Below, in pieces: positions 36,299 to 48,847 of a stretch of 64,000 nt of DNA. The stretch covers positions 4,836,001-4,900,000 of the forward strand of contig NC_043021.1 in the NCBI RefSeq assembly GCF_006345805.1, written 5' to 3'. The DNA is from Octopus sinensis (lineage: Eukaryota). Made by a program: the position numbers and the translations under genes. Numbering within the stretch: the first letter of the stretch is position 1; every line of letters begins with the position of its first letter. The notes under the pieces are model-generated. The model was not told where the DNA came from and searched no databases. It saw only the letters and a list, made by a program, of their open reading frames with translations.

Positions 36299-37890
36299 GT
36301 AAGTGCAGCAGCATTTTATTCCTCCTTACTCTCTCATTTCTCACCTCTCTCTTCACCTCTTTCTCCCTCTTTTCTTGCTTTCTCTTTCATTTCTCCCCCT
36401 CTCTCCCCTCTCTCTTTTTCTCCCGTTTCTGTCTTTCAATAGCAAAGAATAATGAAATATGTGCAATTCTGCTCTCATATGATTACGGCAACTGAATAGT
36501 GCTGTACTAAGAAGGGTGATGAAGTGTAAGGAAGATGAGAGGTAAAAAAAGGGTTTTACAGGAAGAGATTGGGTGCAGGGGCTGGGTTCAGTGGGTAGAC
36601 ATAAACATAATGTGTTTAGGACTTCACTTTCACTGCGACAGATGGGTCTTCTCAAACACAGTGAATTGCTAATCATCCTGAACCTTTGTCATCTCCTTCA
36701 TGAGGCTCAACATCTTGAGATTAACTCTCACTACCTTCTCCCATGTCTTTCTCTGTCTTTCTTTTCCTCAAGTTCCAGTCTCTTTAATGTCACTTCTGTA
36801 TATGGCCATCTCCATCCACATACATCCCATGACCATGGCAGCACAGTTTTCTCTCTTGTGCACTATATCTGATCCATCTTTTGCCCCATTTTTCTCTTGA
36901 CATATTTGCACTTTGTTGTATACACACACACTGACATTGCACAACTTTCTAGTCTTTGTATGTCCTCTTCATCTAAGGCTCATATCTCACTACTGTGTAG
37001 CATTACTGTTCATACACACGTGTCATATAATCTGCTTTTCACTCGGAGATTTTTGTTACAAACAGAGGTAATAGCAAGATTATCAGAAAATATTCCAACT
37101 ATTACAGAGGGGCCAGCTATAAGAAGAGATACATACTCACCTGTAACAATTACTGTTGCCATTAGGAACCATTGAAAGATCCTTAGTTGTTTTACTTACT
37201 GAAAATAACAGCTAAATCTTGAAATTGTAACCTATTGTCTAAAGAACAAAGCAGTGTATAATGTAGTTCTAGATATACCATGTATTGAACCAACTCATGA
37301 TTGTCACAGCTACTCATTCAACGGCTGGCCTGTGGCTAAACACAACTGCTGTGAAATCCATGGCAGAATCAATGGATTACCATCCGTTAATAAGGCCTTG
37401 TGGTATATAGTTTGTGGTAGAATCGTTAGCACGCCGGGTGAAATGCTTAGCGGTATTTCGTCTGCCGTTACGTTCTGAGTTCAAATTCCGCCGAGGTCGA
37501 CTTAGCCTTTCATCCTTTTGGGGTCGATGAATTAAGTACCAGTTACGCACTGGGGTCGATGTAATCGACTTGATACCTATGTCTGTCCTTGTTTGTCCCC
37601 TCTGTGTTTAGCCCCTTGTGGGTAATAAAGAAATAGGTATATAGTTTTGTCCCTTTACAAACTGTTTTCAGATCCTGCAATCCACATTCCTGGCACTAAT
37701 TTCTATTAATTCTTTTTCCCAATTATCTTTTAAACTGAACTTATGCTTTATTACCATAATTTCATCATCAATTTAACATTTACTTTTCCTTACCGGCATG
37801 GGTTGGATGGAACACTTTGAGACAGTGTCTTACAGTTGCTGGATGTCCTTCTTGATACCCACTCTTTAAATTATGTCTTATGCATGAAGG

Positions 37891-38671
37891 TATATGGTGC
37901 TTTTCTGAAAAAAACCTGGGATACATAAGGTATTTGGAATAAATATGGTATCTGGGAGACACATGATATATAATTACTCTTTTACTCTTTTACTTGTTTC
38001 AGTCAATTGACTGCGGCCATCCTGGAGCACCGCCTTTAGTCGAGCAAATCGACCCCGGGACTTATTCTTTGTAAGCCCAGTACTTATTCTATCGGTCTCT
38101 TTTGCTGAACTGCTAAGTGACGGGGATGTAAACACACCAGCATCGGTTGTCAAGCAATGCTAGGGGGACAAACACAGACACACAAACACACACACATACA
38201 TATATATATATATTCGACAGGCTTCTTTCAGTTTCCGTCTACCAAATCCACTCACAAGGTATTGGTCGTCCCGGGGCTATAGCAGAAGACACTTGCCCAA
38301 GATGCCACGCAGTGGGACTGAACCCGGAACCATGTGGTTGGTAAGCAAGCTACTTACCACACAGCCACTCCTGCGCCTATATGGTGCTTTTCTGAAAAAA
38401 AACCTGGGATACATAAGGGGTTTGGAATAAATATGGTATCTGGGAGACACATGATATATAATTACTCTTTTACTTGTTTCAGTCATTTGACTGCGGCCAT
38501 GCTGGAGCACCGCCTTTAGTCGAGCAAATCGACTCCGGGACTTATTCTTTGTAAGCCCAGTACTTATTCTATCGGTCTCTTTTGCCGAACCGCTAAGTGA
38601 CGGGGACGTAAACACACCAGCATCGGTTGTCAAGCAATGCTAGGGGGATGAACACAGACACTTAACCATAT

Positions 38672-38730
<59 letters not shown>

Positions 38731-38899
38731 TATATACGACAGGCTTCTTTCAGTTTCCGTCTACCAAATCCACTCACAAGGCATTGGTCGGCCCGGGGCT
38801 ATAGCAGAAGACACTTGCCCAAGATGCCACGCAGTGAGACTGAACCCGGAACCATGTGGTTGGTAAGCAAGCTACTTACCACACAGCCAATCATACGCC
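37891..38899. repeat. Tandem duplication of an ~85-bp unique flank plus SINE A
   Basis: tatatggtgcttttctgaaaaaaacctggg...gatatataattactc at 37891 and 38379, each followed by a SINE A copy. Confidence 0.92.
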
Positions 38900-39037
38900 T
38901 ATTGATAAAATTTGTGGAATAGCAAGGGTTGTCATGTGTTTTAATGAAAAATTTGAGATTGTGCTTAGTCAGAAGTAATAATATAAATAATTAAACCGTC
39001 TCTAATTTTCCTTTTCATATACATTTCTTCATTTCAG

Positions 39038-39104
39038 GATAGATAATCACATTCTACTTTACCTGATGCTGGAAATATTTGAAGAAAACGAAAAATTCCT
39101 TAAG
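39038..39104 (+). CDS. PLEKHM2: PLEKHM2 exon 8
   Basis: tttcag|G...AAG|gtttga. (M)IDNHILLYLMLEIFEENEKFLK resembles VDNNHLLLLMIHVFRENEEQLFK. Phase 2-0. Confidence 0.9.
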
Positions 39105-39399
39105 GTTTGAATTCATATAATTTTTTTTTTGTGTATGTTGCATCTTGTCCTTTGATATTATCCTCCATGTCTTGAACTTCTGTGGGCCCAAGACATGGGG
39201 GACAATGTCAAAGGCACAACCTTTACAGTTTTCATATTCCAATAATAATAATGATCATACTATACCCTCCTGACGGTCAAACAGTTGGACCAATGGTCAC
39301 AATGTTTTGTGGGATTACGAAGGAGGTAATCAGGCAGGTTTTTAGAGAAAAAAAATGTGAAAATCTATGATCATTTAATGAACATTGAAAGTAATTATT

Positions 39400-39719
39400 C
39401 GATTTATGGGCGCACGAAAAGTAATTAAAAACTAAGGGGAGATAACTCCTAATAAAAGAAGCGAAGGGAAATAATACAACTTATTTCTCCCCTTAATTAC
39501 GACATAAGTTTTATTAAGAAATAAATGATTGTGATGGCTGTGAATTTTCTATCCAAAATCCAATCAAAATTCCTGAAACTTGACACGCCAATTGAATGCC
39601 AGCTAGCTGTATGTGATTGGTCGGAGATTTGGACAGTACTTGCGTGTATGTGTGCACGCACGCAGCTGTATATGCATGCACTAGCCCTATGACCCGGCAA
39701 CACCGGGTCATAGTGCTAG
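39400..39719 (+). mobile_element. Helitron-like non-autonomous element 3' end (5' limit uncertain)
   Basis: Hairpin ctatgacccgg-caaca-ccgggtcatag (39687-39713) followed by tgCTAG|t. Confidence 0.65.
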
Positions 39720-39920
39720 TTGATATTAAAATCCATTTATATATTTTTCAATAAATACTGTTGTTATGATTTCCCTCCCTCATGTTATGCCTCCATTGTA
39801 GATATGTAGATTTGCTAGTAATAATAATAACAATAATAATAATGATAATAATAATAATTATCAATATTATTTGTTTAACCCCCTTAACCTATCTCTTGCT
39901 CTCCACTTTCTCTTCTACAG

Positions 39921-40076
39921 ATGTTTGTCACTCGTGAAGGTCAGAATGAAGGGCAGACAACCCATGTTTTTGTTGTAATAACAGCTCAAAGTATATATTT
40001 ACTCAAACAAAACACTGGTGACCAGAAGTTTATTAAAGAATCTAGTATTCCCTTCCATGAATTGGATTATATTTCT
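39921..40076 (+). CDS. PLEKHM2: PLEKHM2 exon 9
   Basis: ctacag|ATG...TCT|gtgagt. MFVTREGQNEGQTTHVFVVITAQSIYLLKQ...FHELDYIS resembles YNELDYVS. Phase 0-0. Confidence 0.93.
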
Positions 40077-40213
40077 GTGAGTACCACAAACCGTTATCAC
40101 TGTGTTCTGTAGTGAGGTGATGATGTTTAAATTCTCTTTAACGATAATGATATTGTGTTACAGCTGTCATTACCAAACTCTCATTCTGCCATTCTTTTAT
40201 TCCATTATTGCAG

Positions 40214-40302
40214 CTGAGTGTTAATAGTCAAGTAATTAATATTGTATGTGCCAACCGAAGACGTAAATTCTGGCTGACCACAGGGGATGAAGAAGTATCC
40301 AG
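40214..40302 (+). CDS. PLEKHM2: PLEKHM2 exon 10
   Basis: ttgcag|CTG...AG|gtaagg. LSVNSQVINIVCANRRRKFWLTTGDEEVS resembles LVCTNRRKQFLL. Phase 0-2. Confidence 0.92.
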
Positions 40303-41914
40303 GTAAGGTTTCATGTGTTTAACAATATTACTAAAAATTGCTGGCCTTGTGCCAAAATTTGAAACAATTATTATTATTGAGTGAGAGAGCACTGCATGCC
40401 ATCAAAGAGACACTGGGGTAAAATATACGAAGCCCAGTATACCCATCATGACTACCTGTCTGATAAGGGTACACCAGGCACATATTATTTAGGTGACAAG
40501 CTGGCGCAATCGTTAGCATGCTGGGCAATTTGCTTAGTTCTCAGCTCAAATTCTGCCGAGGTCGACTTTGCCTTTCATCCTTTGAGGGTCGATAAATTAA
40601 TTCCCAGTGAAATACTGGGATCGATGTCCCCTCCCCCAAAATTTTAGGCCTTGTGTCTATAGTAGAAAGGATTATTATTATTATTATTAAAGCAGCAAAC
40701 TGGCAGAATGGTTAGCTTACCAGATAAAATGCTTATTGGCATTTTGTCTGTCTTTATGTTCTGAGTTCAAATTCTGCCGAGGTTGATTATGCCTTTCATC
40801 CTTTCAGAATCGATGAAATCATACTGAAGTCGATGTAATTGATTAGCTCCCTGATGTTTCTGATGTTTTCTTCAAAACCATGTATGTTCCCATGACTTCT
40901 TTGTACTCTTCCAAGTCCCTTTAGACCTTCCTCTCAGGACAGGGACACATGGTGAATTATGTTGAGGATATTAAAGGTTGACCTTAGTCTGGTGATTCTC
41001 TATCATGCTGGAGCCAGACTTTGTTCCAGTAACAGCCTTATATAATACTAGGTATTACTATCTCTAGAAGAACAATTACTCAGTACATCGTGGCCGTTGC
41101 CAGCCTTGCCTGGCCCCCGTGCCGGTGGCACGTAAAAAGCACCATCCAATCGTGGCCGTTGCCAGCCTCGTCTGGCCCCCGTGCCAGTGGCACGTAAAAA
41201 GCACCATCCGTCTGTGGCCGTTTGCCAGCCTTGCCTGGCCCCCATGCCAGTGGCACGTAAAAAGCACCAACCGTCCATGGCTGTTTGCCAGCTCCGTCTG
41301 GCACCTGTGTGGGTGGCACGTAAAAAGCACCCACTACACTCACGGACTGGTTGGCATTAGGAAGGGCATCAAGCCGTAGAAACACTGCCAGATCAGACTG
41401 GGCCTGATGCAGCCTTCTGGCTTCACAGACCCCAGTTGAACCGTCCAACCCATGCTAGCATGGAAAGCGGATGCTAAATGATGATGATGATGATGATGTA
41501 TAGAGCATATCTTCATTAAATGAGAGGAATTGATAGTACAGTTCTTTCAATACACGCTCACATACACACCACCCACACATGTCTATTACACTCTTCATTG
41601 AAGTGACTAATATAATTTTTGTCTAACTTGCCCTTAATTTTTCTTTTGAGATCAGCGAAAAATAAAGTAGAAAAGTAAGTTAGAAGAAAGCTAAAGCACT
41701 TGAAAGAAGTGTCCTCAGAAAAACTAATGCTGTCTCTGTATATGCATACATAGAAACACTAGCACACACACATGTATATAAATTCCACAGGGGCACACTA
41801 CTAAAAACAGCCCCAGTTGTTCTGCTGTAATTTCAATGATCAATAAAATAATTTCTGTGAATAAAGTAATTTTCTCTTCTCTCTTATCTCTTTTTGTTTT
41901 TTCCTTCCATCCAG

Positions 41915-42047
41915 GTCAATAATTAATTGTTTATCTCATGCCATGGAAACCAGTTTCTTTAACATCCCAAAACTGAGTGTTCTCACAGATGCCACTTCTC
42001 AGCAGATAGCAATGAAGAAATACATTTCCCAAGAGACTAAGTCTTCT
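41915..42047 (+). CDS. PLEKHM2: PLEKHM2 exon 11
   Basis: atccag|G...TCT|gtaagt. SIINCLSHAMETSFFNIPKLSVLTDATSQQIAMKKYISQETKSS resembles SILTDATMEKLALAKFVAQESK. Phase 2-0. Confidence 0.93.
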
Positions 42048-42329
42048 GTAAGTCATCTTCCGCTTTAGTCTTTTTTACTAATTTCTTAGTGTTTGGTATT
42101 ATCAATTAGCACCACTCAGCTTGGCTCTCATCCTGCAGACCAACAATCAAAAATGTTCTTGCTATAATGTATCTGGAACAGCTACAGTTGTTTTTGTTCA
42201 GTTTTGTTCTAGATCAGTCTTGGATCCAGCAGACCTATTATCAAAGGCATTCCATCCATGACCATTCAGTCTTTTATTTAAATATTGTGACCCTGCCAGT
42301 ACTGATGCTATCCAAAAAAAAAACATTCA

Positions 42330-42700
42330 GTCCACACTGTAAAGTGGTTGGCATTTGGAAGGGCATCCAACTATAAAAACCATGCTTAAATTATCCTTGC
42401 TTGTGCCACGTAAAAAGCACTCTGTCCACTCTGCCGGGTGGTTGGCATTTGGAAGGGCATCCAACTATAAAAACCATGCTTAAACTATCCTTGCTTGTGC
42501 CACGTGAAAAGCACACTGTCCACTCTGCCGGGTGGTTGACATTAGGAAGGGCATCCAGCTATAAAAACCATGCTTAAACTATCCTTGCTTGTGCCTTGTA
42601 AAAAGCATACAGTCCACTCTGCTGGGTGGTCGACATTAGAAAGGGCATCCAGCTATAAAAACCGTGCAAAAACAGATACAGAAGTCTGGTGCAGGCCCAT
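42330..42700 (+). repeat. 94-bp tandem repeat (about 3.6 copies) of the SINE C core
   Basis: Units start at 42330, 42424, 42518 and 42612. Confidence 0.9.
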
Positions 42701-42806
42701 GCCTAGCCAGCTCCTATCAAACCGTCCAACCCATGCCGGCATGGAAAATAGGCATAAAATGATGATGATAATGATGATTGTGTATTTAAGGGTGCATTAT
42801 CTAATG

Positions 42807-43025
42807 CAGTGGTTTTCAACCAGGGTTCTGCGGAACCATAGGGTTCCGCCAGTACAGTCCAGAGGTTCTGCAAGAAGTTACAAAGCTGCTAAAGTCGGCA
42901 GTAATTTTTAAGTCTCCTGTGCAGATATGTGTGCATAAGACTATTAAATTATTGCACAAGGGTTCCTCGAGCCAGTGGAATGTTTCCTTGGGGTTCCGCT
43001 CCAGCAAAAAGGTTGAAAAGCACTG
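42807..43025. mobile_element. hAT (Charlie-like) MITE
   Basis: TIR cagtggttttcaacc...ggttgaaaagcactg; 8-bp TSD atctaatg/atctaacg. Confidence 0.85.
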
Positions 43026-43522
43026 ATCTAACGTATGGTATGATAGTGTATGTCGTTACAGTTGTTTAGTCAAAGGTTGCTCAGGTCTTACAGACTTGTG
43101 ATCAAATATGTTCCAGCAACGATCTTTCTATCTGTTACTTAGATATGGTGTATCTAGGACTACATTAATATAATGTGTTTTTCTTTGTTGCTATTGTTTA
43201 AGCCCAGCTCTCTCCTGATCCAAAATATTTATGATATATTTATAAGTGGGTTCCAGCTAAGACTATCCTATGGTTTAATCAGACATGGTATATCTAGGAT
43301 CACATTATCCAATTTGTGGCTCCTTTCTGTTGGTATTTAGCTCCAAGCAGCCTTGATCCAGTAAACCCTGGATCAAAAGCATTCCAGCCATGACTTCCTA
43401 GTTTGATGAGTAGTTGCAGCTCCAATGGCTACTTTCAAATAATTTTCAGCAGTTTCAGCTACTTTCAATGAGTTATGGTTTTAGTTTTTTGAGCTAAAAT
43501 GTCAAAATATATGTATTTTCAG

Positions 43523-43683
43523 ATGTATGATGTTGAACTTCACAGTTACCAGCTGATACACTGGGAAGATGCTCAGTTGAGCTGCAACCAAGGGGAGTGG
43601 ACCTACAAGGAGGGATACCTTCTCCATCGTTACCATGACTACTTTAGGGGGTTCATGTGGAAACCAGGTTATTTCGTACTCAA
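43523..43683 (+). CDS. PLEKHM2: PLEKHM2 exon 12, PH domain start
   Basis: tttcag|ATG...AA|gtaagt. Contains IHWED, KEGYL and WKPGYFVL, resembling VHWED, KEGML and WKTCFVVL. Phase 0-2. Confidence 0.93.
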
Positions 43684-43769
43684 GTAAGTTGACTCTGCCT
43701 TTTTTTAAAACTTTCTCATAGTATATCACGTGTGCATGCGTGCGCGCACACACACACACACACACACTA

Positions 43770-43950
43770 TTTTTTGGGGTGGTGGGGTTCAGATGAGACC
43801 CAACTTGAGTTCTTGCATTCTTTACTCTATTAACTAAATCGTGAAGTTCTTGCATGCTGCTGGCTATGAGAACTACATCATCTGCATAACTCAGATTTTT
43901 GATGACCTTACCATTAATTTTGATGCTTTCGGTGAAACCATACAAGACAT
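43770..43950 (-). mobile_element. RTE RT fragment
   Basis: IKINGKVIKNLSYADDVVLIASSMQELHDLV. Confidence 0.8.
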
Positions 43951-44094
43951 CTCATTATTACCTCAGGATATATATTAAAGAGGTTTGGAGAAAGGATGCA
44001 GCCCTGGTGGACACCCTGTTTGATGTAAAACCAATCTGTTACACACACACACACACACACATACACACATGAAGAGTAAGAGACTCTGACGTCT

Positions 44095-44510
44095 GGCAGC
44101 TGACTTGGCAGACACCCATAAAATTATCAACCATTTTACAAACAATAACTCTGAGCACCTTTTCAAACTCCACCCGTCTAACACCCGTGGACATATTTAC
44201 AAAGTCAGAAAACAGCACAGCTCCCATGACTTTGGGAAACATTTTTTCACGCTGAGAGTTGCTGAAGCATGGAACAAACTGCCGGCATCAATTGTTAGTT
44301 GTCGGAGCACTGCATCCTTCAAAACTTCCATGCTTCCTGAGATTCGCCAACACTACACCTGATTTCCTCCCCTCCATACACACACAAGCATGTATCTGAC
44401 TCATACATTGTTCGCTTTCCAGACATTTGTACATTACTGCATACACTTTATACGCACTTTCTGACAAGTTGTGGTGCACCTGAGCACTGTATACAATAAT
44501 TTGATTATTA
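44095..44510 (+). mobile_element. CR1-like LINE 3' end
   Basis: NTRGHIYKVRKQ...HFFTLRVAEAWNKLP...ASFK. Confidence 0.85.
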
Positions 44511-45373
44511 ATATGTCAAAAGGTGTAGATAAATAGATAAGCACAGATTAGAGCTCAAACCACATCAGATGCCTAAAATCCAGTGTCACACCACGGTAGT
44601 TGTAATCCAAGTAAGCAGCAGTTGGCTATAAGAAGCAGCATTTGAGCTAATGAAAATATAAGTACAAATAAAAGATAGTCAGGTATAATTTCACAGAAAG
44701 CAGAAAGATAATTTCTGGTGACCTTTCATAAATAGGTAGATATCCAAAGATTTCATCATCATCATCATTATCATCATCATCATCATTGTTTAACGTTCGT
44801 TCTCCATGCTAGTATGGGTTGGATGGTTCGACCGGGGATCTGGGAAGCCAGAAGGCTGCACCAGGCTCCAGTCTGATCTGGCAGTGTTTCTACAGCTGGA
44901 TGCCCTTCCTAATGCCAACCACTCCGAGAGTGTAGTGGGTGCTTTTTACGTGCCACCTGCACAGGTGCCAGGCGAGGCTGGCAACGGCCATGATTGGATT
45001 GGTGCATTTTATGTGCCACCGGCACGGAAGCCAGTGAAGGTGGCGCTGGCATCGGCCACACTTTGGATGGTGCTTTTTACGTGCCGGCATGGAAGCCATT
45101 CAAGGTGGCGCTGGCATTGGCCACGATTCGGATGGTGCTTTTTACGTCCCACCGGCATGGGAGGCAGTCTAGGCGGCGCTGGCATCGGCCACGTTCAGAT
45201 GGTGCTTTTTACGTGCCACCGGAACAGGGAACACAACTGCAGTTTCCATTGATTTTGATGTTGGTGTACTTGACTCAGTGGATCTCCTCAAGCACAGGGT
45301 CGAAACGGTGTTTCTTCACTTGCCACCTGCACATTCACAAGGAATATATTTCAGAAGTGTTGTTATTTTTCAG

Positions 45374-45605
45374 GGATGGAGCACTTTGTATGTATAACAA
45401 CAAGACAGATAGTAAACCTTCAGCTTTCATCAACATGGGCATTGAGGACTGTACTGGATGTCGACGAGCCACTGACAGCGACAGAGAGAACACCATAGAG
45501 ATTATGTTGACCAACGGTGATTACTGGTACATTGCTGCTGCTACACCACTGGAGGCCAATGAGTGGCAACAGAGCTTCTGTCAGGCTGCCTCCGAAGTCA
45601 TGCAG
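45374..45605 (+). CDS. PLEKHM2: PLEKHM2 exon 13, PH domain
   Basis: tttcag|G...CAG|gtgagt. INMGIEDCTGCRRATDSDR...EANEWQQSFCQA resembles VNMGGEQCGGCRRANTTDR...EWMQHLCQA. Phase 2-0. Confidence 0.95.
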
Positions 45606-46149
45606 GTGAGTGAATGGGGAGTAGAATTGGGGTACTATGGAAGCTGATGAGATATTAGTGGCAGACTGATAATACCACACACTTGGAGGTTTAGTTGTGA
45701 TAGGTGACACTTCTCACTTAGAGGTCGGTTGAAGCATTTGACTTTGCTCTCTTGCAGTGTTTTCTTAATCCAAATTTTAAAACAAATCTTCATGGCTTAA
45801 TTAGTGGATGAAGGATAATAGCCATGCTAATATTTGCAAGACCTCTAAGACAGATGGGTGGGTTGGAGAAAGGAATGAAGAAACCTTGTCTATGGGTTAT
45901 AGTTGGAAGCTGGACATGAAGCTATGGAGTTGTTTAGACTTGAACTGGAGACCCAGTTTAAATGTTTGTAACAGAGTGGACTACAGGCACCCAAAGGCCA
46001 TGTATTGATGTTCCCAGACAAAAAAGACGTCATCAATGAACCGTAACCAGAGTATTGGTTCATGACCATGTAGGGATTTGAATGTCTTCAGTAACTGTAT
46101 CTCGAATTTTGTCATGAAGACATTAGTGAAATTAACTGCTATGGGGTAC

Positions 46150-46480
46150 CCATGGTGCAACCCCTTGTCTGGTGGTAAAATTTTTGTTCAAACTTCATTG
46201 TCTTACTTTGTAACACAAATCTCAATAGCCTACAGAGAAAATTAGATGGAAGGCATTGAATGGGCACAGGTATGACATCAGGCACAACAACAGTGGTTTG
46301 ATAGAACTTGCCGAACATTTTACATCAAACGGCTGTAATTTTGAAAAAGACTTGAGAGTACATATTCTCAGAAAATATTCTGAATCTGCTACATTTTCAG
46401 TCTTCAAAATGCACAAGGAGAAATATATTTGTGAGTTATTAATATCACACCCTGGAAGGATGAATAAAATGACAGGAGAA
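46150..46480 (+). mobile_element. Penelope-like GIY-YIG endonuclease C-terminal remnant
   Basis: MNGHRYDIRHNN...AEHFTSNGCNFEKDLRVHIL...PGRMN. Confidence 0.65.
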
Positions 46481-46752
46481 TTTCCTTTTCTTTTTTCTTT
46501 TCTTTACTTCTTTCTCTTTCCTTCTTTTTCTTTTTACCAGTTGTAAACTTGAAAATTGAGAACTGATGATGTTATTGCATCAATGGTGGAACACTGGTTG
46601 CCTCGTTCACATTTTAGATTTGAATTTCTATAATTTTGAATTTCTGTGTATCACTTTTCATTTTGAACTCGACAATACAGGCTAGCTGTTGAAATATCAT
46701 TCAACCAATAAAACATCTATTGCAATCGCATTGCACTCTGTATTATCTAATA

Positions 46753-46799
<47 letters not shown>

Positions 46800-47361
46800 C
46801 AGGAGTGGCTGTGTGGTAAGTAGCTTGCTAACCAACCACATGGTTCCGGGTTCAGTCCCACTGTGTGGCATCTTGGGCAAGTGTCTTCTGCTATAGCCCC
46901 GGGCCGACCAATGCCTTGTGAGTGGATTTGGTAGACGGAAACTGAAAGAAGCCTGTCGTATATATGTATATATATATATGTGTGTGTGTGTGTCTATGTT
47001 TGTATGTCTGTATTTGTCCCCCTAGCATTGCTTGACAATCGATGCTGGTGTGTTTACGTCCCCGTCACTTAGCGGTTCGGCAAAAAGAGACCGATAGAAT
47101 AAGTACTGGGCTTACAAAAGAATAAGTCCCGGGGTCGATTTGCTCGACTAAAGGCGGTGCTCCAGCATGGCCGCAGTCAAATGACTGAAACAAGTAAAAG
47201 AGTAAAGAGTAATAATAATAATAATAATAATGACCTCTGAATGTTGACTAGAGACAAAGGGATGAAAGAAAATAAAATGGATTCAGTTTGGTGCTCCATG
47301 AGCCTCCTACTGACCCATCTACTTCTGTTTATTTCATTACTTGTTTCACTTTCACTTTCAG

Positions 47362-47538
47362 AATCGTGGAGTGGTATCAAACAGCTGTATTGGTTGCTGT
47401 GTTTTACTAAGTCAAAACAAGTTACTTATGTGTCATGAGGATTTACAGACCAATTTCTTCCGTACACTGGGCAGTGCCAATTTGGAAGATGTCACAGCTA
47501 TTCTCCAAGACAGCCAGATCTCTTCCTATTGCATTCTG
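47362..47538 (+). CDS. PLEKHM2: PLEKHM2 exon 14
   Basis: tttcag|AAT...CTG|gtaaat. CIGCCVLLSQNKLLMCHEDLQTNFFRTLGSA resembles CIPCCLVLTDDRLFTCHEDCQTSFFRSLGTA. Phase 0-0. Confidence 0.95.
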
Positions 47539-48276
47539 GTAAATTTTTAATTCTTCACATTGATACTGTATTGCAAGCAACATGTTTTGTTTATTTTCTT
47601 CTTAGAGCTTTAACTAGAGAAAAAAAAAACCCCTCACAGAGGCAATGACTAGTGACAGACCTTTGGCGATGTGCTCTCCTTAAGAGGACCCATCAAGCCA
47701 AGTGCAACCATGCTGGTGGCATGTAAAAACATTCAACCCTTGAATGTCAGGCCTCGCAGAAATAAAGTGGCTGAGTACCTTTCAAGTGTTGGGCCTGATG
47801 GCGGCAAAGTGACTGAGTTCCTTTCGAGTGGTGGGCCTCATGGAGGCAATGTGCCTAAGTTTCTTTTGCACATTGGGCCTCACGGGGGCGAGGTGGCTGA
47901 GTTCCTCTTGAGCATCGGGCCTCGTGGAGGTGAAGTGGCTGAACTTCTTTCAAGTGTTGGCCCCCACAGAGGCAATATCCAAGACCTTTGGCATTATGGT
48001 GTGCTTGAAAAGAAGACCCATCAAGCTGAGCAAAATCGCAGTTGTGGCAGATACCGGTGTCATGCAAATGGCACCCATGCTGGTGGCATGTAATAGCACC
48101 TATTACTCTCTCAGAAAGTTTGGCGTTAGGAAGGGCATCCAGCCTTAGAAAACCATGCTAACTAAGACTGGATCCTGGTGCAGCCTTCCAGCGTGCCAGC
48201 CCAGTCAAACTGTTCGACCCATACCAGCTTGGACAACGGACGTTAAATGATAATTTATCTTACCTAATGACTTCAT

Positions 48277-48633
48277 TCGAGCTTTGGTGTTGGAGAAGAC
48301 TTTTACGGATTCCATGGACAGCGAGGCTCACCAATGGAGAAGTTCTTAAGCAGATCAGGCCGAAAATGTTGCCAGAAGCTAGGATCACCAAGCATAGATT
48401 GGCATATTTTGGTCATATTATGCGGAGAAAATCCCTGGAGAAGGACATCATGCTCAGAATGGTCAGTGGCAAGAGAGGAAGATGCCGACCAAGAACCCGC
48501 TGGCTTGACACCATCAGGAGTGATACAGGAATGGACATAGCCAATCTGAAAGAAGCAGCCCAGGATAGAACTGACTGGAGGACACTGATCCAACGAGTGA
48601 CCGAGAGTTGACTTCGACTGAGCGGATAGATAG
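48277..48633 (+). mobile_element. 5'-truncated RTE (BovB-like) LINE with TSD
   Basis: FELWCWRRLLRIPWTAR...YFGHIMRR...RWLDTI; (atag) tail; 11-bp TSD aatgacttcat at 48266-48276 and 48634-48644. Confidence 0.92.
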
Positions 48634-48847
48634 AATGACTTCATAGAATTATGTCGTATGAAATAATACTAACATACTACTAAATGTATGTATATATTCA
48701 CATACATACTCATACATACTCATGCATGCATATTTGCATACATATACACATATACTCTTTCACTCTCTCTCTCTCTTCTACCTGTTGATATTTCCAAAAT
48801 TCTGTTTCACTTGAAATTACTATAGCTATGTGTTTGTTTGTCTACAG

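Noticed and set aside
36897-37175. ORF ending TEVIARLSENIP... as a cassette exon
   Set aside because: The plausible acceptor at 37065 is out of phase with exon 7 (phase 2), and there is no homology.
44994-45373. ORF 44994-45647 extending exon 13 upstream
   Set aside because: The upstream part is antisense SINE C sequence. The canonical acceptor at 45373 gives the correct phase and homology.
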